DNA of 64,000 bases from Alphaproteobacteria bacterium. GTDB taxonomy: Bacteria > Pseudomonadota > Alphaproteobacteria > CALKHQ01. The notes under the pieces were generated by a model, which saw nothing but the letters and a program-made list of their open reading frames with translations, made no database searches and was not told the DNA's origin. Shown one piece after another: positions 49,027 to 59,327 of this stretch. Every line of letters begins with the position of its first letter. Position 1 is the first letter of the stretch. The position numbers and the translations under genes are program-made. Location: assembly GCA_965227515.1 (NCBI GenBank), contig CBDDFZ010000001.1:3456001-3520000 (forward strand). The letters are read 5' to 3'.

Positions 49027-50547
49027 TCAATCGATCGTTGGATCGCGCCACGCCGCCGTCGCACCGCGCAGCAGCAACTTGATATCCAACAAGAGTGACC
49101 AATTCCTGATATAGGCGATGTCCAAGTCCAAACGATGGCGCAAGTGCTCATCAGAGTCCACAATTCCGCGGAAGCCGGCAATCTGCGCCATGCCGATCAG
49201 GCCAGGCCGCATCCGATACCGCGCCATGTAATCGGCATAGATTTCGGAAACCAGCCGCCCGTCGTGCATCATGTTCTCAGGGTGCGGGCGTGGGCCCACG
49301 ATCGACATCTCGCCCAGCAACACGTTGAAGAGCTGCGGCAGCTCATCCAGGCTATACTTCCGCAACACGCGGCCGACCCGCGTGATGCGCGCATCGCCGC
49401 GCGCGGTCTGCCGGGTGCCCGTCGTGTCGCAGTCCGTCGACTGCATCGACCGGAATTTCCAGACCCTGAAGGTGTTGCCGTTGAAGCCGCGACGGGTCTG
49501 CCGGTAGAAGACCGGGCCGGGCGAGTCCAGCTTGATTGCGATGGCCGCCGCGATCATAAGCGGCGCCAGCAGCAGCAACAGCAATGCGGCACCGACGCGA
49601 TCCTCTGCCATCTTCAGCAGTCGGGCCGAGCGGCGCGCCATCGGCCACTCAGACAGGCGACGGCCAATGCCGGTGCGCGGCGCGTCGGCGGAGCCGGCGG
49701 CCCCGGCGAGCGCCATGCTGTCGTCGGCGGCATGCACCAGCACGGGCATCATGCGCAGGCGCTCGGCCAGCATGTCGATCCGCTGGCCCGCATGACCTGG
49801 CAACGCGACAAAGACATGGGTGACGCCGAACCGGTTGACCAGTTCTCGAATGTTGTCGACATCGCCCAGCAGAGGCCCGACACGATCCGCGTCGATACGG
49901 GTGCGGCGGTCGTCCACGAACCCCACCAATTCGATGCCGCTGGCGTGCTGCCGTGCCTGTTGCGCGGCAAACTGGCGGCCCTCCTCGCCCGCGCCCACCA
50001 CCACCGCACGGGCGATCGGCCTCACCCGCACACGGCCGCTGCGCAACGCGGCGCAGAACGCCGCACGAAGACCAGCGACGATCGGCGCCCCCACAACAGC
50101 AGCCGCCGCGGCATTGGCGGCGGAGGTGGCAAGGTCGCCGGTCACGACAGCCGCCACCGCGAGCGCGAACGCGCAAGTGCTCAGCCAGATGGCCACGCCG
50201 CGTCCGACCGATACCGGCCGACACACGTCCAGCCCGGCGTCCCGCCACATCCAGGCCAGACACGCGATTGCGAACGCCGCGGGCACGCCCGCCAGCCAAG
50301 TTGCGTGCTGATACCAGTGGATCGTGGCGATCTGGTCGCCGCCAAACATCCCTGGCGCCGCGAAGCCCCAGGTTGTCAGCACGACCGCGAGAAGCAGCGC
50401 CTCAAGGCCGAAAGCGACCTCATACGAAAGGCGTGGCCAGGCAACGGCGCCTGAAGTCCGGATGTTACGCTGAGACGAAGACCGACGCGGCGAAGCAAGC
50501 GACGCCAACGCACCTGTGGGTTCATCCTGCACGGACACAGAATACAT
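49027..50547 (-). CDS. Priming phosphoglycosyltransferase (WcaJ/HfsE type)
   Basis: N-terminal TMs, VVGAG, GFVDDR, IKLDSPGPVFYRQ, KFRSM, LDELPQLFNVL.GEMSIVGPRPH. Confidence 0.92.
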   Translation of the reverse strand: MYSVSVQDEPTGALASLASPRRSSSQRNIRTSGAVAWPRLSYEVAFGLEALLLAVVLTTWGFAAPGMFGGDQIATIHWYQHATWLAGVPAAFAIACLAWMWRDAGLDVCRPVSVGRGVAIWLSTCAFALAVAAVVTGDLATSAANAAAAAVVGAPIVAGLRAAFCAALRSGRVRVRPIARAVVVGAGEEGRQFAAQQARQHASGIELVGFVDDRRTRIDADRVGPLLGDVDNIRELVNRFGVTHVFVALPGHAGQRIDMLAERLRMMPVLVHAADDSMALAGAAGSADAPRTGIGRRLSEWPMARRSARLLKMAEDRVGAALLLLLLAPLMIAAAIAIKLDSPGPVFYRQTRRGFNGNTFRVWKFRSMQSTDCDTTGTRQTARGDARITRVGRVLRKYSLDELPQLFNVLLGEMSIVGPRPHPENMMHDGRLVSEIYADYMARYRMRPGLIGMAQIAGFRGIVDSDEHLRHRLDLDIAYIRNWSLLLDIKLLLRGATAAWRDPTID

Positions 50548-50919
50548 TCCCTCGAAAAACCGCGGGGACTGCCTACCTGTCGCCCGCTATCGCTATTTGA
50601 CGTTCAGCCCTCGTCAGGGGACGTCCAGAGCCGTCCGAACAGGCTCGTTGACACGTTGAAAAATCATAACGAAAAATTTAGACTAACACAAGGTCAATTC
50701 AAGGAATTTCGTTTTGATTTGAGGCAGTTGCGCGCCGCGGCATTAACCAAATTTCCGTTAGTTGGCGATCATATTTTCGCCCACCCGGATCTTCGTTTTG
50801 CGTCTAGACATCGCGCGCCAACCCTGGGCACCGGCGCAACCAAGGCCGTCGTGCCGCACTCGCACCGCGCCGGCCCGCACCATGGCGTTTGACATACACA
50901 GGCAATACGGACGATCAAC

Positions 50920-53202
50920 GTGGCCGTGATGCACGCGAACGACGACAAACCGGGCCATGTGGCGGCGCGCGCCGAACCAGTGTTGTTCAGGCAGGCCGCC
51001 GACCCCGCCCCGCTGGCGAGCCTGCTGTTGCCGATCTGGCGTCGGCGATGGCAGTTCCTGGCCGCGGCGCTGCTGACCCTGGTCGCCGCATTCCTTGTCA
51101 TCGAGCAACTGCCGAAGAAATACACAGCCTCCGCCAGCATCCTGGTCGACCCACGCGAACGTCGGGTCACCGAGTTCGATGCGGTCGTGGATGCGCTGCC
51201 TGGCTCGTCGGAGACCGTCGCCAGCCAGATCGAGCTGCTGACGTCTGACACGGTGTTGCGCGCGGTGGTCGACCGTCTGGCACTGCAACGGTCGGAAGAA
51301 TGGAATCCGAATGGCGGCTCGCCGCGGCGTGGCCTGATTTCGCGCACCTTGATGTGGTTCGGCGCATCGGCGGACTGGGTGGATACCCTGGTCGGTGCCC
51401 CGGCATACGAGGAACTGGCGCCTGCGCAGCGCGCCGAGCTGGTCGAGACCAACATCGTGGACCGGGTCCGCCGCGCCTTGAATGTCGCACCGGCCGGGCG
51501 GTCGTTCGTCATCGACATCGAGGCCACGTCGCGCGACCGCGCCATGGCGCAGCAAATGGCCAATGCTGTCGCCGAGGTATTCATCGAGCAACAGCTGCAG
51601 GCCAAACAGGAGCTGACCCGCCAGGCCACCCAATGGCTCGAAGACCGGTTGGTCACGCTGCGGGCGGAGGTTGCGGTTGCCGAGCAGGCCCTCGACCATG
51701 CGCGCCTGGAGCTCGAATTGCGCCAGCAGCTCGACCCACTGCTAGTGGAGCGCCAGATCGACGAGCTGATCGGCATGACGTTGCAGGCCACGTTGCAACG
51801 GGTTCGTGCGGAGGCCCAGCTCAGCCAGGTCGAGACCTTGTTGGCCGAGCAGGGCACGACAGCCCTGTCGTCCCTGGTGCAGCCGTCCGACTTGTTCGCG
51901 GTCAACTACCAGCTCACCGAGTTGACCAATACCGCGGCGCAACTTGCCGCGCAGTACGGGCCGGACAACCCAACGGTTCAAGCCCTGGAAGCGCGCATCG
52001 CGCAGCTCGAGGCCCAGGCGACGGACAGCATTCTCGCCATCTACCGGCGCGACGTCGCCGAGGCAACGGCCACATTGGACCTGTTGCAGGAGCAACTTGA
52101 AGCTGCCCGGGTCCGTGCCTTGGACCTGAAGCGCGAGTTCGCCGACGCCGAGTTGGCATTGCGGGAGCTGGAGCGCGAGGCCGAGGCCAGCCGCACCATC
52201 TACGAGACGCTGCTGCTGCGCCTGAAAGAGACCGAACAGGGCGGGTTCGAGTCAGCCGACATCACCCTGGCTTCACGCGCCATATTGCCGTCCGAACAGA
52301 GCTGGCCGAACCGGACCGTCTTCCTGGCCGTGGCCCTGTTGCTGGCGGCAGGCGTCGGACTTGGCGTGGTCGGCCTGGGCGAGGCCCTGGAAAGCGGCTT
52401 CCGAGATGCAACCAAGCTGGAGGAAGCCTTCGGTGCGCCGTGCCTCGGCCTGATACCGGAGGAGCGAAATCCCAAGTTCCGCACCGATCCGGCGACGTAC
52501 TTGCGCAACGAGTCGTTGTCCCCGATCGCAGAGGCGCTGCGATCGCTCGCCTTCGTATGGCGCAGCCAATTCGGCCAGAAATGCCACGCCACCATGATCA
52601 CGTCTTCCCTGCCCGAGGAGGGCAAGTCGTCGACGGCCATTGGCCTGGCCTATTCCTTGGCGCTTGCCGGCCGAAAAGTCTGTCTCATCGACTGCGATAT
52701 TCGCCGTCCAACCGTTGGCAGACAGCTTGGGATCGCCAATTCAGTGACACTGCAGGACCTGCTCGCGGGCGCACAGGTTGAGTTTCCGAAGGCGTGGCGA
52801 CATGCCGATGTTCCATTGACGGTCATTCCGGCGGGCCCCCCGTCCAATACGAGGCACGACATTGGATTGGCGGAGTGGCTCCCGGCATTCTTTGCAAAAC
52901 TGAAGTCTCATTTCGACGTCATACTCGCTGACGCGCCGCCAATTCTCTCGTCCGCCGACAGCCGTGCGATCGCGCAGGCGTGCGACACCTCTGTCCTGGT
53001 CGTGCGATGGCGCAAGACGCCGCGCAATGCGGTCACCAAGACCTACCGAGAAATGAGAGTTGCCAACATCGCCATCGGCGGCGTCATCCTGTCGCGCGTG
53101 CGCACGTCCCGCGGCGCCTACTACGACTACAACTATCGTGCCCGTCCGGCGGACCCCGCGATGGCCAGTCACGGCGAAGCCGAGGAAAAGCGCGTAGGCT
53201 GA
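50920..53202 (+). CDS. wzc: Wzc/GumC-type polysaccharide co-polymerase with tyrosine kinase domain
   Basis: Two TMs around a coiled coil, Walker A SSLPEEGKS, IDCD, DAPP, C-terminal YYDYNY. Confidence 0.88.
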   Translation: MAVMHANDDKPGHVAARAEPVLFRQAADPAPLASLLLPIWRRRWQFLAAALLTLVAAFLVIEQLPKKYTASASILVDPRERRVTEFDAVVDALPGSSETVASQIELLTSDTVLRAVVDRLALQRSEEWNPNGGSPRRGLISRTLMWFGASADWVDTLVGAPAYEELAPAQRAELVETNIVDRVRRALNVAPAGRSFVIDIEATSRDRAMAQQMANAVAEVFIEQQLQAKQELTRQATQWLEDRLVTLRAEVAVAEQALDHARLELELRQQLDPLLVERQIDELIGMTLQATLQRVRAEAQLSQVETLLAEQGTTALSSLVQPSDLFAVNYQLTELTNTAAQLAAQYGPDNPTVQALEARIAQLEAQATDSILAIYRRDVAEATATLDLLQEQLEAARVRALDLKREFADAELALRELEREAEASRTIYETLLLRLKETEQGGFESADITLASRAILPSEQSWPNRTVFLAVALLLAAGVGLGVVGLGEALESGFRDATKLEEAFGAPCLGLIPEERNPKFRTDPATYLRNESLSPIAEALRSLAFVWRSQFGQKCHATMITSSLPEEGKSSTAIGLAYSLALAGRKVCLIDCDIRRPTVGRQLGIANSVTLQDLLAGAQVEFPKAWRHADVPLTVIPAGPPSNTRHDIGLAEWLPAFFAKLKSHFDVILADAPPILSSADSRAIAQACDTSVLVVRWRKTPRNAVTKTYREMRVANIAIGGVILSRVRTSRGAYYDYNYRARPADPAMASHGEAEEKRVG

Positions 53203-53203
53203 C

Positions 53204-53947
53204 ATGGGCTATCCCGCTAACGGTGGCGCGCTCCAGACGCGCCGGCGGCGCCGAGCGGGTGCAGCCGTCCTGTTCCTGCTGAGCGCCATGCTGCTGGCAT
53301 TGGCCGTGCCGCGCCTGTTGGCCGGGGTCACCAACATGGCCGGCGATGTCGTTGCCTTCGACATACGCTATGACCGCCCCGTCACCCGGCGCGACCTGGG
53401 CGTCCTGATCGCCACCCGCTCCGGCGCCAACGGCTGGCTCAGCGCGCCGGCCAACTATCGTGAAATATCGGTGGCGACCTATCGCCTGGCGCTGCTGACC
53501 GACGACGCGGCAGTGCGCGCCGACCTGTTCGAGCAGGCGCGTGCCGCCAGTTCCACCGCCATCGCCATGGCACCTGCGGACCCATTCATGTGGGCCATTC
53601 GCTCCCAGGCCCTGGTCCAGCTCGGCGGAGACCGGCAACAGGCGCTAGAAGACCTGCGCCGCCTCAACCTGACGGGCCGGTTCGACCCCGAACTCTATGC
53701 CGAGCGGGTGGCGTTGCCGCTGGTGCTGTGGGACTTGCTGGACGAGAACGACCGCGCCCAAGCCAGCGAGGCGGCTCGCGCACTGGTGGATGCCAGGCCG
53801 GAAGCCCTCGCCGCCATGGGTTCCGACCAGCAAACCCGGACCCGGGTCATGGGCTTGCTGGCGGATCGCGACCTGATAGCGCGCTACCTGGACGCCCTGA
53901 ACGCCGCGACAGCCGACAGCCGGCCGGGGGACGAACACGATGAGTAG
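53204..53947 (+). CDS. Membrane-anchored TPR-like hypothetical protein
   Basis: N-terminal TM, AIAMAPADPFMWA helix pair; tightly coupled between wzc and the ligase gene. Confidence 0.65.
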   Translation: MGYPANGGALQTRRRRRAGAAVLFLLSAMLLALAVPRLLAGVTNMAGDVVAFDIRYDRPVTRRDLGVLIATRSGANGWLSAPANYREISVATYRLALLTDDAAVRADLFEQARAASSTAIAMAPADPFMWAIRSQALVQLGGDRQQALEDLRRLNLTGRFDPELYAERVALPLVLWDLLDENDRAQASEAARALVDARPEALAAMGSDQQTRTRVMGLLADRDLIARYLDALNAATADSRPGDEHDE

Positions 53948-55388
53948 CGCGCAACACGGCATGCGCGGGGCTTACTATGCCACCCCGGAACGCTCGTTGC
54001 CGGCAAGCCGTCGTCCCAAGGTCGACCGCTGGCTGCTGGTCTGCCTCGCCGTGCTGCTGGCGCTGGCGCCATTGCCCTTCGGTTCGGCCCGCCCCTGGGC
54101 GACGGCCGCGGTGGCCTTGGCAGTCGGGGGCATCGGCCTGATCGCCGCCCTCGCCGCGTGGCGCAAGACCCCAAGCGCCACCGAACCGCCCGTGCCGGTG
54201 TCACTCTGGCTTGTCGTGCCGTTTGCCATGGTCTGCATGCACGCAGCCCTGCAATCCGCGCTGGCGGTGCCGCAGGGGATGGCGCATCCGGTGTGGGCGA
54301 TGGCGCGCGACACCGCCATCGACAACCTCGCCATGACCATCAGTGCCAACCCTGCCGCCGGGCTGGAGGCGGTCATGCGGTTGCTCGCCATGGGCGTCGC
54401 GTTTCTGCTGGCCCGGCGCCTGGCACAATCGCAGCGGCGGGCGCGCCAGCTCGTCACGGCGCTGGCCCTGATCTCCGGCGCATACAGCTTCTACGGCATC
54501 CTGGCGCACATCTCCGGCAGCGAGACGATCCTGTGGTTGGAGCGCTGGTCGCATCAGGGCAGCCTCAGCGGCACCTTCGTCAGCCGCAACAGCCACGCCG
54601 TGTTCGCCGGGCTCGGCCTGTTGTGCTGTGTAGCCGCGATTACGGCGCAGGTGGCCAGGATTGCGCGGCCCGACGACCTCATGCGCGAGCGAGTCGTCTC
54701 CGTGCTGGAGATCGCCGGGCCGCTGTTGGCTGTCGTGGCCGCGGCCCTGCTGTGCAATCTGGTCGCCCTGGTGCTGACCCAGTCGCGCGCCGGTACAGCC
54801 TCCAGCGCGCTGGCGCTGCTGGTCTTGATCGGCCTGCTGTGGCGCGGCAGCCGGCGGCGGCGCGGCGCCAATCTGGTCGTATTGGGGCTGGTCGCCGTGG
54901 TTGCGCTGTATGCCGTCCTGGCCGGTGGCGGCCTGTTCGAGCGGCTGGCCGGCACCGACATCGCCACCAACGAGCGCATGGAGGTCTACCGGGCGACGCT
55001 GCGCGCGATTGCGGATCGGCCGCTGCTCGGCCACGGGCTCGCCGCTTTCGAGGACGTGTTCCATCTCTACCGGACCAGCGGCATGCCCTCGAATTGGGCG
55101 CATGACCACAACACCTACCTCGGCATGGCGATGGAACTGGGCATTCCGGCGGCCGCCCTGATGCTGTTCGTCTTCGCGGCCCTCGCTTTCAGGCTTGCCC
55201 GGCACAGCGGTCGCAAGACCTGGATGTACCCGCTGCCCGCACTCGGCCTGACGGCGCTGGTGCTTGTGGGCGCCAATGCCCTGCTCGACTTCAGTATCGA
55301 GATCCCGGCGATCGGGCTGATGCTGGCCTGCATCCTGGGCGCCGCCGACGGTCGCGCCCGGCGCGCCGGCGACCGCCACGGCCGGTAA
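53940..55388 (+). CDS. O-antigen ligase (Wzy_C) family membrane protein
   Basis: PLPFGS, GTFVSRN, LTQSRAG, R...PLLGHG.AAF, AHDHNTYL..AMELG, DFSIEIP. Confidence 0.85.
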   Translation: MSSAQHGMRGAYYATPERSLPASRRPKVDRWLLVCLAVLLALAPLPFGSARPWATAAVALAVGGIGLIAALAAWRKTPSATEPPVPVSLWLVVPFAMVCMHAALQSALAVPQGMAHPVWAMARDTAIDNLAMTISANPAAGLEAVMRLLAMGVAFLLARRLAQSQRRARQLVTALALISGAYSFYGILAHISGSETILWLERWSHQGSLSGTFVSRNSHAVFAGLGLLCCVAAITAQVARIARPDDLMRERVVSVLEIAGPLLAVVAAALLCNLVALVLTQSRAGTASSALALLVLIGLLWRGSRRRRGANLVVLGLVAVVALYAVLAGGGLFERLAGTDIATNERMEVYRATLRAIADRPLLGHGLAAFEDVFHLYRTSGMPSNWAHDHNTYLGMAMELGIPAAALMLFVFAALAFRLARHSGRKTWMYPLPALGLTALVLVGANALLDFSIEIPAIGLMLACILGAADGRARRAGDRHGR

Positions 55389-55427
55389 CGCCAGCGACCG
55401 CCACGGCCAGTAGCGCCTCGCGACGGC

Positions 55428-56726
55428 CTAAGACGACAGTCGCGCCCGAGCGAGTTGGCGGTATGCCCGCACGAAATAGACGACCAGACCCGCATGCAGT
55501 GCCACGTCTGCGATCAAGAGCGTGGCCGCCGCGCCATAGGTCTCTGCAAGGAGCACCAGCGGAAAGACCGCAACCGCTGCAATCGAAACCTGGATAACTG
55601 CCACATGCAGGAATGGGCGCGTCTGCTCCAGCGCATGTAGTCCACCACCCGTCGGCACAGCAAAGAAACGGACCAGATAGATGACGCAATATAGCAATAT
55701 CAAGTAGTGATAGGCTGCGTATTCATCGCCAAACACGAGGTCCATGATTTGATCCGAAAACACGCCCACGAACAATACGACGACCACGGTGACAACAGCC
55801 CCGATCTTGGTCGCCTCCACCAGAGCATCGCGAAATCCCGTTAGGTTCTTGTCCCCTATGTATTTGCTGAGCACGGGTATCAAGGCGTTCTCGGCACCGC
55901 GAAAGAGCACATTCAGCACATTCATGATCGTCTCACACGCTCGCATCGCGCCGACCGCTGCCGTACCGACCAGCCAGCCTGCAACCAGATAAACTATGCC
56001 GACCGATGCCAGCTGAAGCAGCGCCGACACGCCGAGCCATTTGCCAAACCGCCAGTGCCGGCGCACGAAGGTCCGAAACAGCGTGGCCTGCAAGCTTGGG
56101 CGCGGCATGCAGGCGGCTGCACCGGCGGCCGCGACCAGGCCGCATCCGGCAAGCATCCAGACGATATCGGGGATGGCGACAGGCTCTTCCGCGATGATCA
56201 CGATTGCCAGCAGTACCGCAACCTGCAATCCATAGCGGGCGACATCGAGCATCAAAGCGGCCTTCCGCCGCTGCATTGCCAGGAAGATCCGGCGATAATA
56301 CTCATGGAGCGGGATCGTCAGGCTGGCGACCGCAACGGACAGGGCCAAGGAAACAGGCTGATCGATGACGATTATCTGATTTGCGACGACAAAGACCAGA
56401 ATGGTCAGCCCGAACACCGCTGTGGACAGCACGGCCTGGAGGACCAAAGTTGCGCCATAGTATGATCGAACGCGATCGGGATCGACTTTCGGTGTGATCA
56501 CCATCATCGGAGCCCCGACCAGCGCGATCTGAAGGGCCAGTACGAAAAGGATCAGCAGCCAGTAGAGGCTGTACTGCCCGAACATTTCGATGCCCAGGTG
56601 CCGTGCGAGGAGAACGCCAGTGGCGAAGTTGGCACCGCTCACCACCATCTGGTCCAGTAGGGCCCAGCCCATCGTCCTCGGCACCGCGGTAAGGCGTGCG
56701 AACCTGCCCGAGTACCCACGATTCAC
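55428..56726 (-). CDS. Wzx-type oligosaccharide flippase
   Basis: DQMVVSGANF, LARHLG...FG, about 12 hydrophobic segments. Confidence 0.8.
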   Translation of the reverse strand: MNRGYSGRFARLTAVPRTMGWALLDQMVVSGANFATGVLLARHLGIEMFGQYSLYWLLILFVLALQIALVGAPMMVITPKVDPDRVRSYYGATLVLQAVLSTAVFGLTILVFVVANQIIVIDQPVSLALSVAVASLTIPLHEYYRRIFLAMQRRKAALMLDVARYGLQVAVLLAIVIIAEEPVAIPDIVWMLAGCGLVAAAGAAACMPRPSLQATLFRTFVRRHWRFGKWLGVSALLQLASVGIVYLVAGWLVGTAAVGAMRACETIMNVLNVLFRGAENALIPVLSKYIGDKNLTGFRDALVEATKIGAVVTVVVVLFVGVFSDQIMDLVFGDEYAAYHYLILLYCVIYLVRFFAVPTGGGLHALEQTRPFLHVAVIQVSIAAVAVFPLVLLAETYGAAATLLIADVALHAGLVVYFVRAYRQLARARLSS

Positions 56727-57006
56727 CGATCAAGGCTCCTTTCGATGGCGCGTGTCGCGCGGCGGTGAATCCGCAGGCAGACTGCTTTGGCGCGACTCAG
56801 GTAAGTGGCAATATCCTGCCAACTTGTGAATGCCAACATGTTCGGCAGGTACGAAACCCTTAGATCAGTCAGCCAAACGTCCGGTAGTTCGACATGACCC
56901 TGGGACCTGGCTCACGAAAGACCGCACCGGTGGGGAAACGGGCACCTTGACATTCAGGCATTCCAACAAGGACGACCATGCAGCACCGCCCGGACTGCCG
57001 CATGCG

Positions 57007-58134
57007 ATGTCTATGGCGGCCAAAGCACCCACAATCAGGATTACGCCGCTAATCTATGCCGTGGTCGTGTTTTTCTATTTCACGTTTCCAGATATTCGGC
57101 CCTTCCGTCTCGCGATATACCTCATACCCGCGCTATTGGTGGCGGAACTGATCGCACAACGCACTGTTCGATTCTACCGGCTTATTGCCGCTGCTTTTGT
57201 TACGTATTCCGCACTTTTGTTGCCATTCGTCATATCCGAGGATGCGGTCGGATTTCCCCGCGACGAAATGATCTTCCTTGCATCGTCAATGTTCATGTTC
57301 GTTTTCTGGTATCGAACCGATGAGCTTATCTTGCACGCGCTGCTTGCAGTCGGTGGCCTCAGCGTTGTTGCGCTTTTGCTGTTTGCACCGTCAAACAATA
57401 CCTCACTATCCCTGGTAGCCGGCACGGGCTTTGCGGAAACCAGCCTCGGCCTGATACTACCGTTGGTCAGTATCGCCTATTATCTTCGGGGATACTGGAT
57501 GTTGTTCGCGATATCCATTGTCGTCGATTACTTTTTATTCAAGAGGATCGCCCTATTCGCGCTTCTGTGCACGCTGGCGGTCGACTTTTTCATCTATCGG
57601 CGCAGCGCCGACAGACCTCCATCCAATTCACATCGCTTGGTGGCGGCCATATCAACATCGGTCGTAGTGCTTATCGCACTCAACCTGCGTGCGCTATTCG
57701 ATTTCTTGTCGGATTTCCTCCAGTCGTTCGCCGGCATCACGGTCGCACCGAACGATCTCTCGTCCGGCCGATACGCGGCCCTCGACATCTATTGGACCGA
57801 CCTGACCGCCAGAAGCTCAATGCTTGAGTGGCTGTTTGGCAATGGACCAGGATACACCACATCGCTGATACGGTCGGACTACGATCTACAGGAATGGAAC
57901 TTCACCCACCTTCATAATGACTGGATCCGGTTGCTCGGCGACTACGGAATCCTGGGCATGGGCGTCGCGGCCGCCGCCTTCATGTGGGCCATGTCGCGCG
58001 ACCGGGTTACCGCGCTGATTGCGCTCTATTCCATGCTGGTCCTGTTGACCGACAACATATTGACATATCTGAGCTACTGGATCGCCGCGGCCTTCGTCTT
58101 GCGTTGCGTGACAGCGACCCGGCAACGCGCATGA
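57007..58134 (+). CDS. Probable Wzy polymerase
   Basis: Polytopic, lower GC, SSGR...LFGNGPG...HLHNDW...DYGILG; start uncertain. Confidence 0.7.
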   Translation: MSMAAKAPTIRITPLIYAVVVFFYFTFPDIRPFRLAIYLIPALLVAELIAQRTVRFYRLIAAAFVTYSALLLPFVISEDAVGFPRDEMIFLASSMFMFVFWYRTDELILHALLAVGGLSVVALLLFAPSNNTSLSLVAGTGFAETSLGLILPLVSIAYYLRGYWMLFAISIVVDYFLFKRIALFALLCTLAVDFFIYRRSADRPPSNSHRLVAAISTSVVVLIALNLRALFDFLSDFLQSFAGITVAPNDLSSGRYAALDIYWTDLTARSSMLEWLFGNGPGYTTSLIRSDYDLQEWNFTHLHNDWIRLLGDYGILGMGVAAAAFMWAMSRDRVTALIALYSMLVLLTDNILTYLSYWIAAAFVLRCVTATRQRA

Positions 58135-59327
58135 AGATATTGCTGCTCCACAACTACTATCAGCAACCCGGCGGCGAGGATGTGGTGTTGGCCAATGAGA
58201 TGTCCCTGCTCGAAGCCAATGGGCACGAGGTGGAGACCTATCTGGTCGACAACGATGACATTCGGGACATGAGCGCCCCGGCTGTTGCGGCGGGCACGAT
58301 TTGGAGCCGCAGGTCGTATCGCCGCATACGCGAACGGGTTCGCCAGTTCCAGCCGACGGTCGCTCATTTCCACAACACGCTGCCACTGATCTCTCCAGCG
58401 GGTTTCCATGCCGCGCGCGCCGAAGGTGCGGCGGTCGTGCAAACGCTGCACAACTATCGGCTCGCCTGCCCCGGTACGACGCTCTTCCGAGATGGTCACG
58501 TGTGCGAGGATTGTTTGGGAAAGCTGCCCTGGCGTGGCGTGTTGCATGGCTGCTACCGCAACAGCCGGCTGCAAACGGGCGGCGTCGCAGCCATGCTAGC
58601 AACGCACCGAATGTTGCGAACATGGACACGCAAGGTGGACCTTTACATCGCTTTGACCGCATTCGCCCGTGACAAGCTGTTGGCGACTGGCCTGCGTGCC
58701 GATCGGGTGGTCGTCAAACCAAACTTCCTAGCCGGAAACGTTGATGTGCCAGACGGCTCGGACGGCCCGCGCCAGGGCGGATTGTTCGTTGGCCGGCTCA
58801 GCGCGGAGAAAGGCATCTCACCGATGCTGGAAGCCTGGCGATCGTTGAATGTGCCGCTCAGGCTTGTCGGCAGCGGACCGCTCGATGCCCAGGTGCGGAA
58901 TACCGGGGTCGCGAGCGTGGAAATCCTGGGCGCCCAGCCACGCGAAGAAGTTGCCGCCCTGATGCGCCAGGCCCAATTCCTCGTTGTCCCGTCGGTTTGG
59001 TACGAAGGCTTCCCGATGGTCGTGGTCGAAGCATATGCCCATGGCCTTCCCGTCATTGCTTCCAGGCTCGGCTCGCTTGCCGAAGTGGTCGACGACCAGG
59101 TCACCGGCCTGCACGTCAATCCAGGCGACCCTGACGACCTCGCCGCCAAGGTGGCGTGGGCCGTCAGCAATTCGGACCGGATGAGGGAGATGGGCAGGAA
59201 TGCCCAACGTCGCTTCCAGGAGCGCTATACGGCGGACACCAATCTCAGGCTGCTGTTGGCGTGCTACGATCAGGCGATTGCGCGACGCGGTGCAGAAATG
59301 CGCGGTGCAACGCCGACCGCCGCTTGA
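58131..59327 (+). CDS. GT4 family glycosyltransferase
   Basis: HNYYQQPGGED, FVGRLSAEKG, PSVWYEGFPMVVVEA. Confidence 0.9.
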   Translation: MKILLLHNYYQQPGGEDVVLANEMSLLEANGHEVETYLVDNDDIRDMSAPAVAAGTIWSRRSYRRIRERVRQFQPTVAHFHNTLPLISPAGFHAARAEGAAVVQTLHNYRLACPGTTLFRDGHVCEDCLGKLPWRGVLHGCYRNSRLQTGGVAAMLATHRMLRTWTRKVDLYIALTAFARDKLLATGLRADRVVVKPNFLAGNVDVPDGSDGPRQGGLFVGRLSAEKGISPMLEAWRSLNVPLRLVGSGPLDAQVRNTGVASVEILGAQPREEVAALMRQAQFLVVPSVWYEGFPMVVVEAYAHGLPVIASRLGSLAEVVDDQVTGLHVNPGDPDDLAAKVAWAVSNSDRMREMGRNAQRRFQERYTADTNLRLLLACYDQAIARRGAEMRGATPTAA

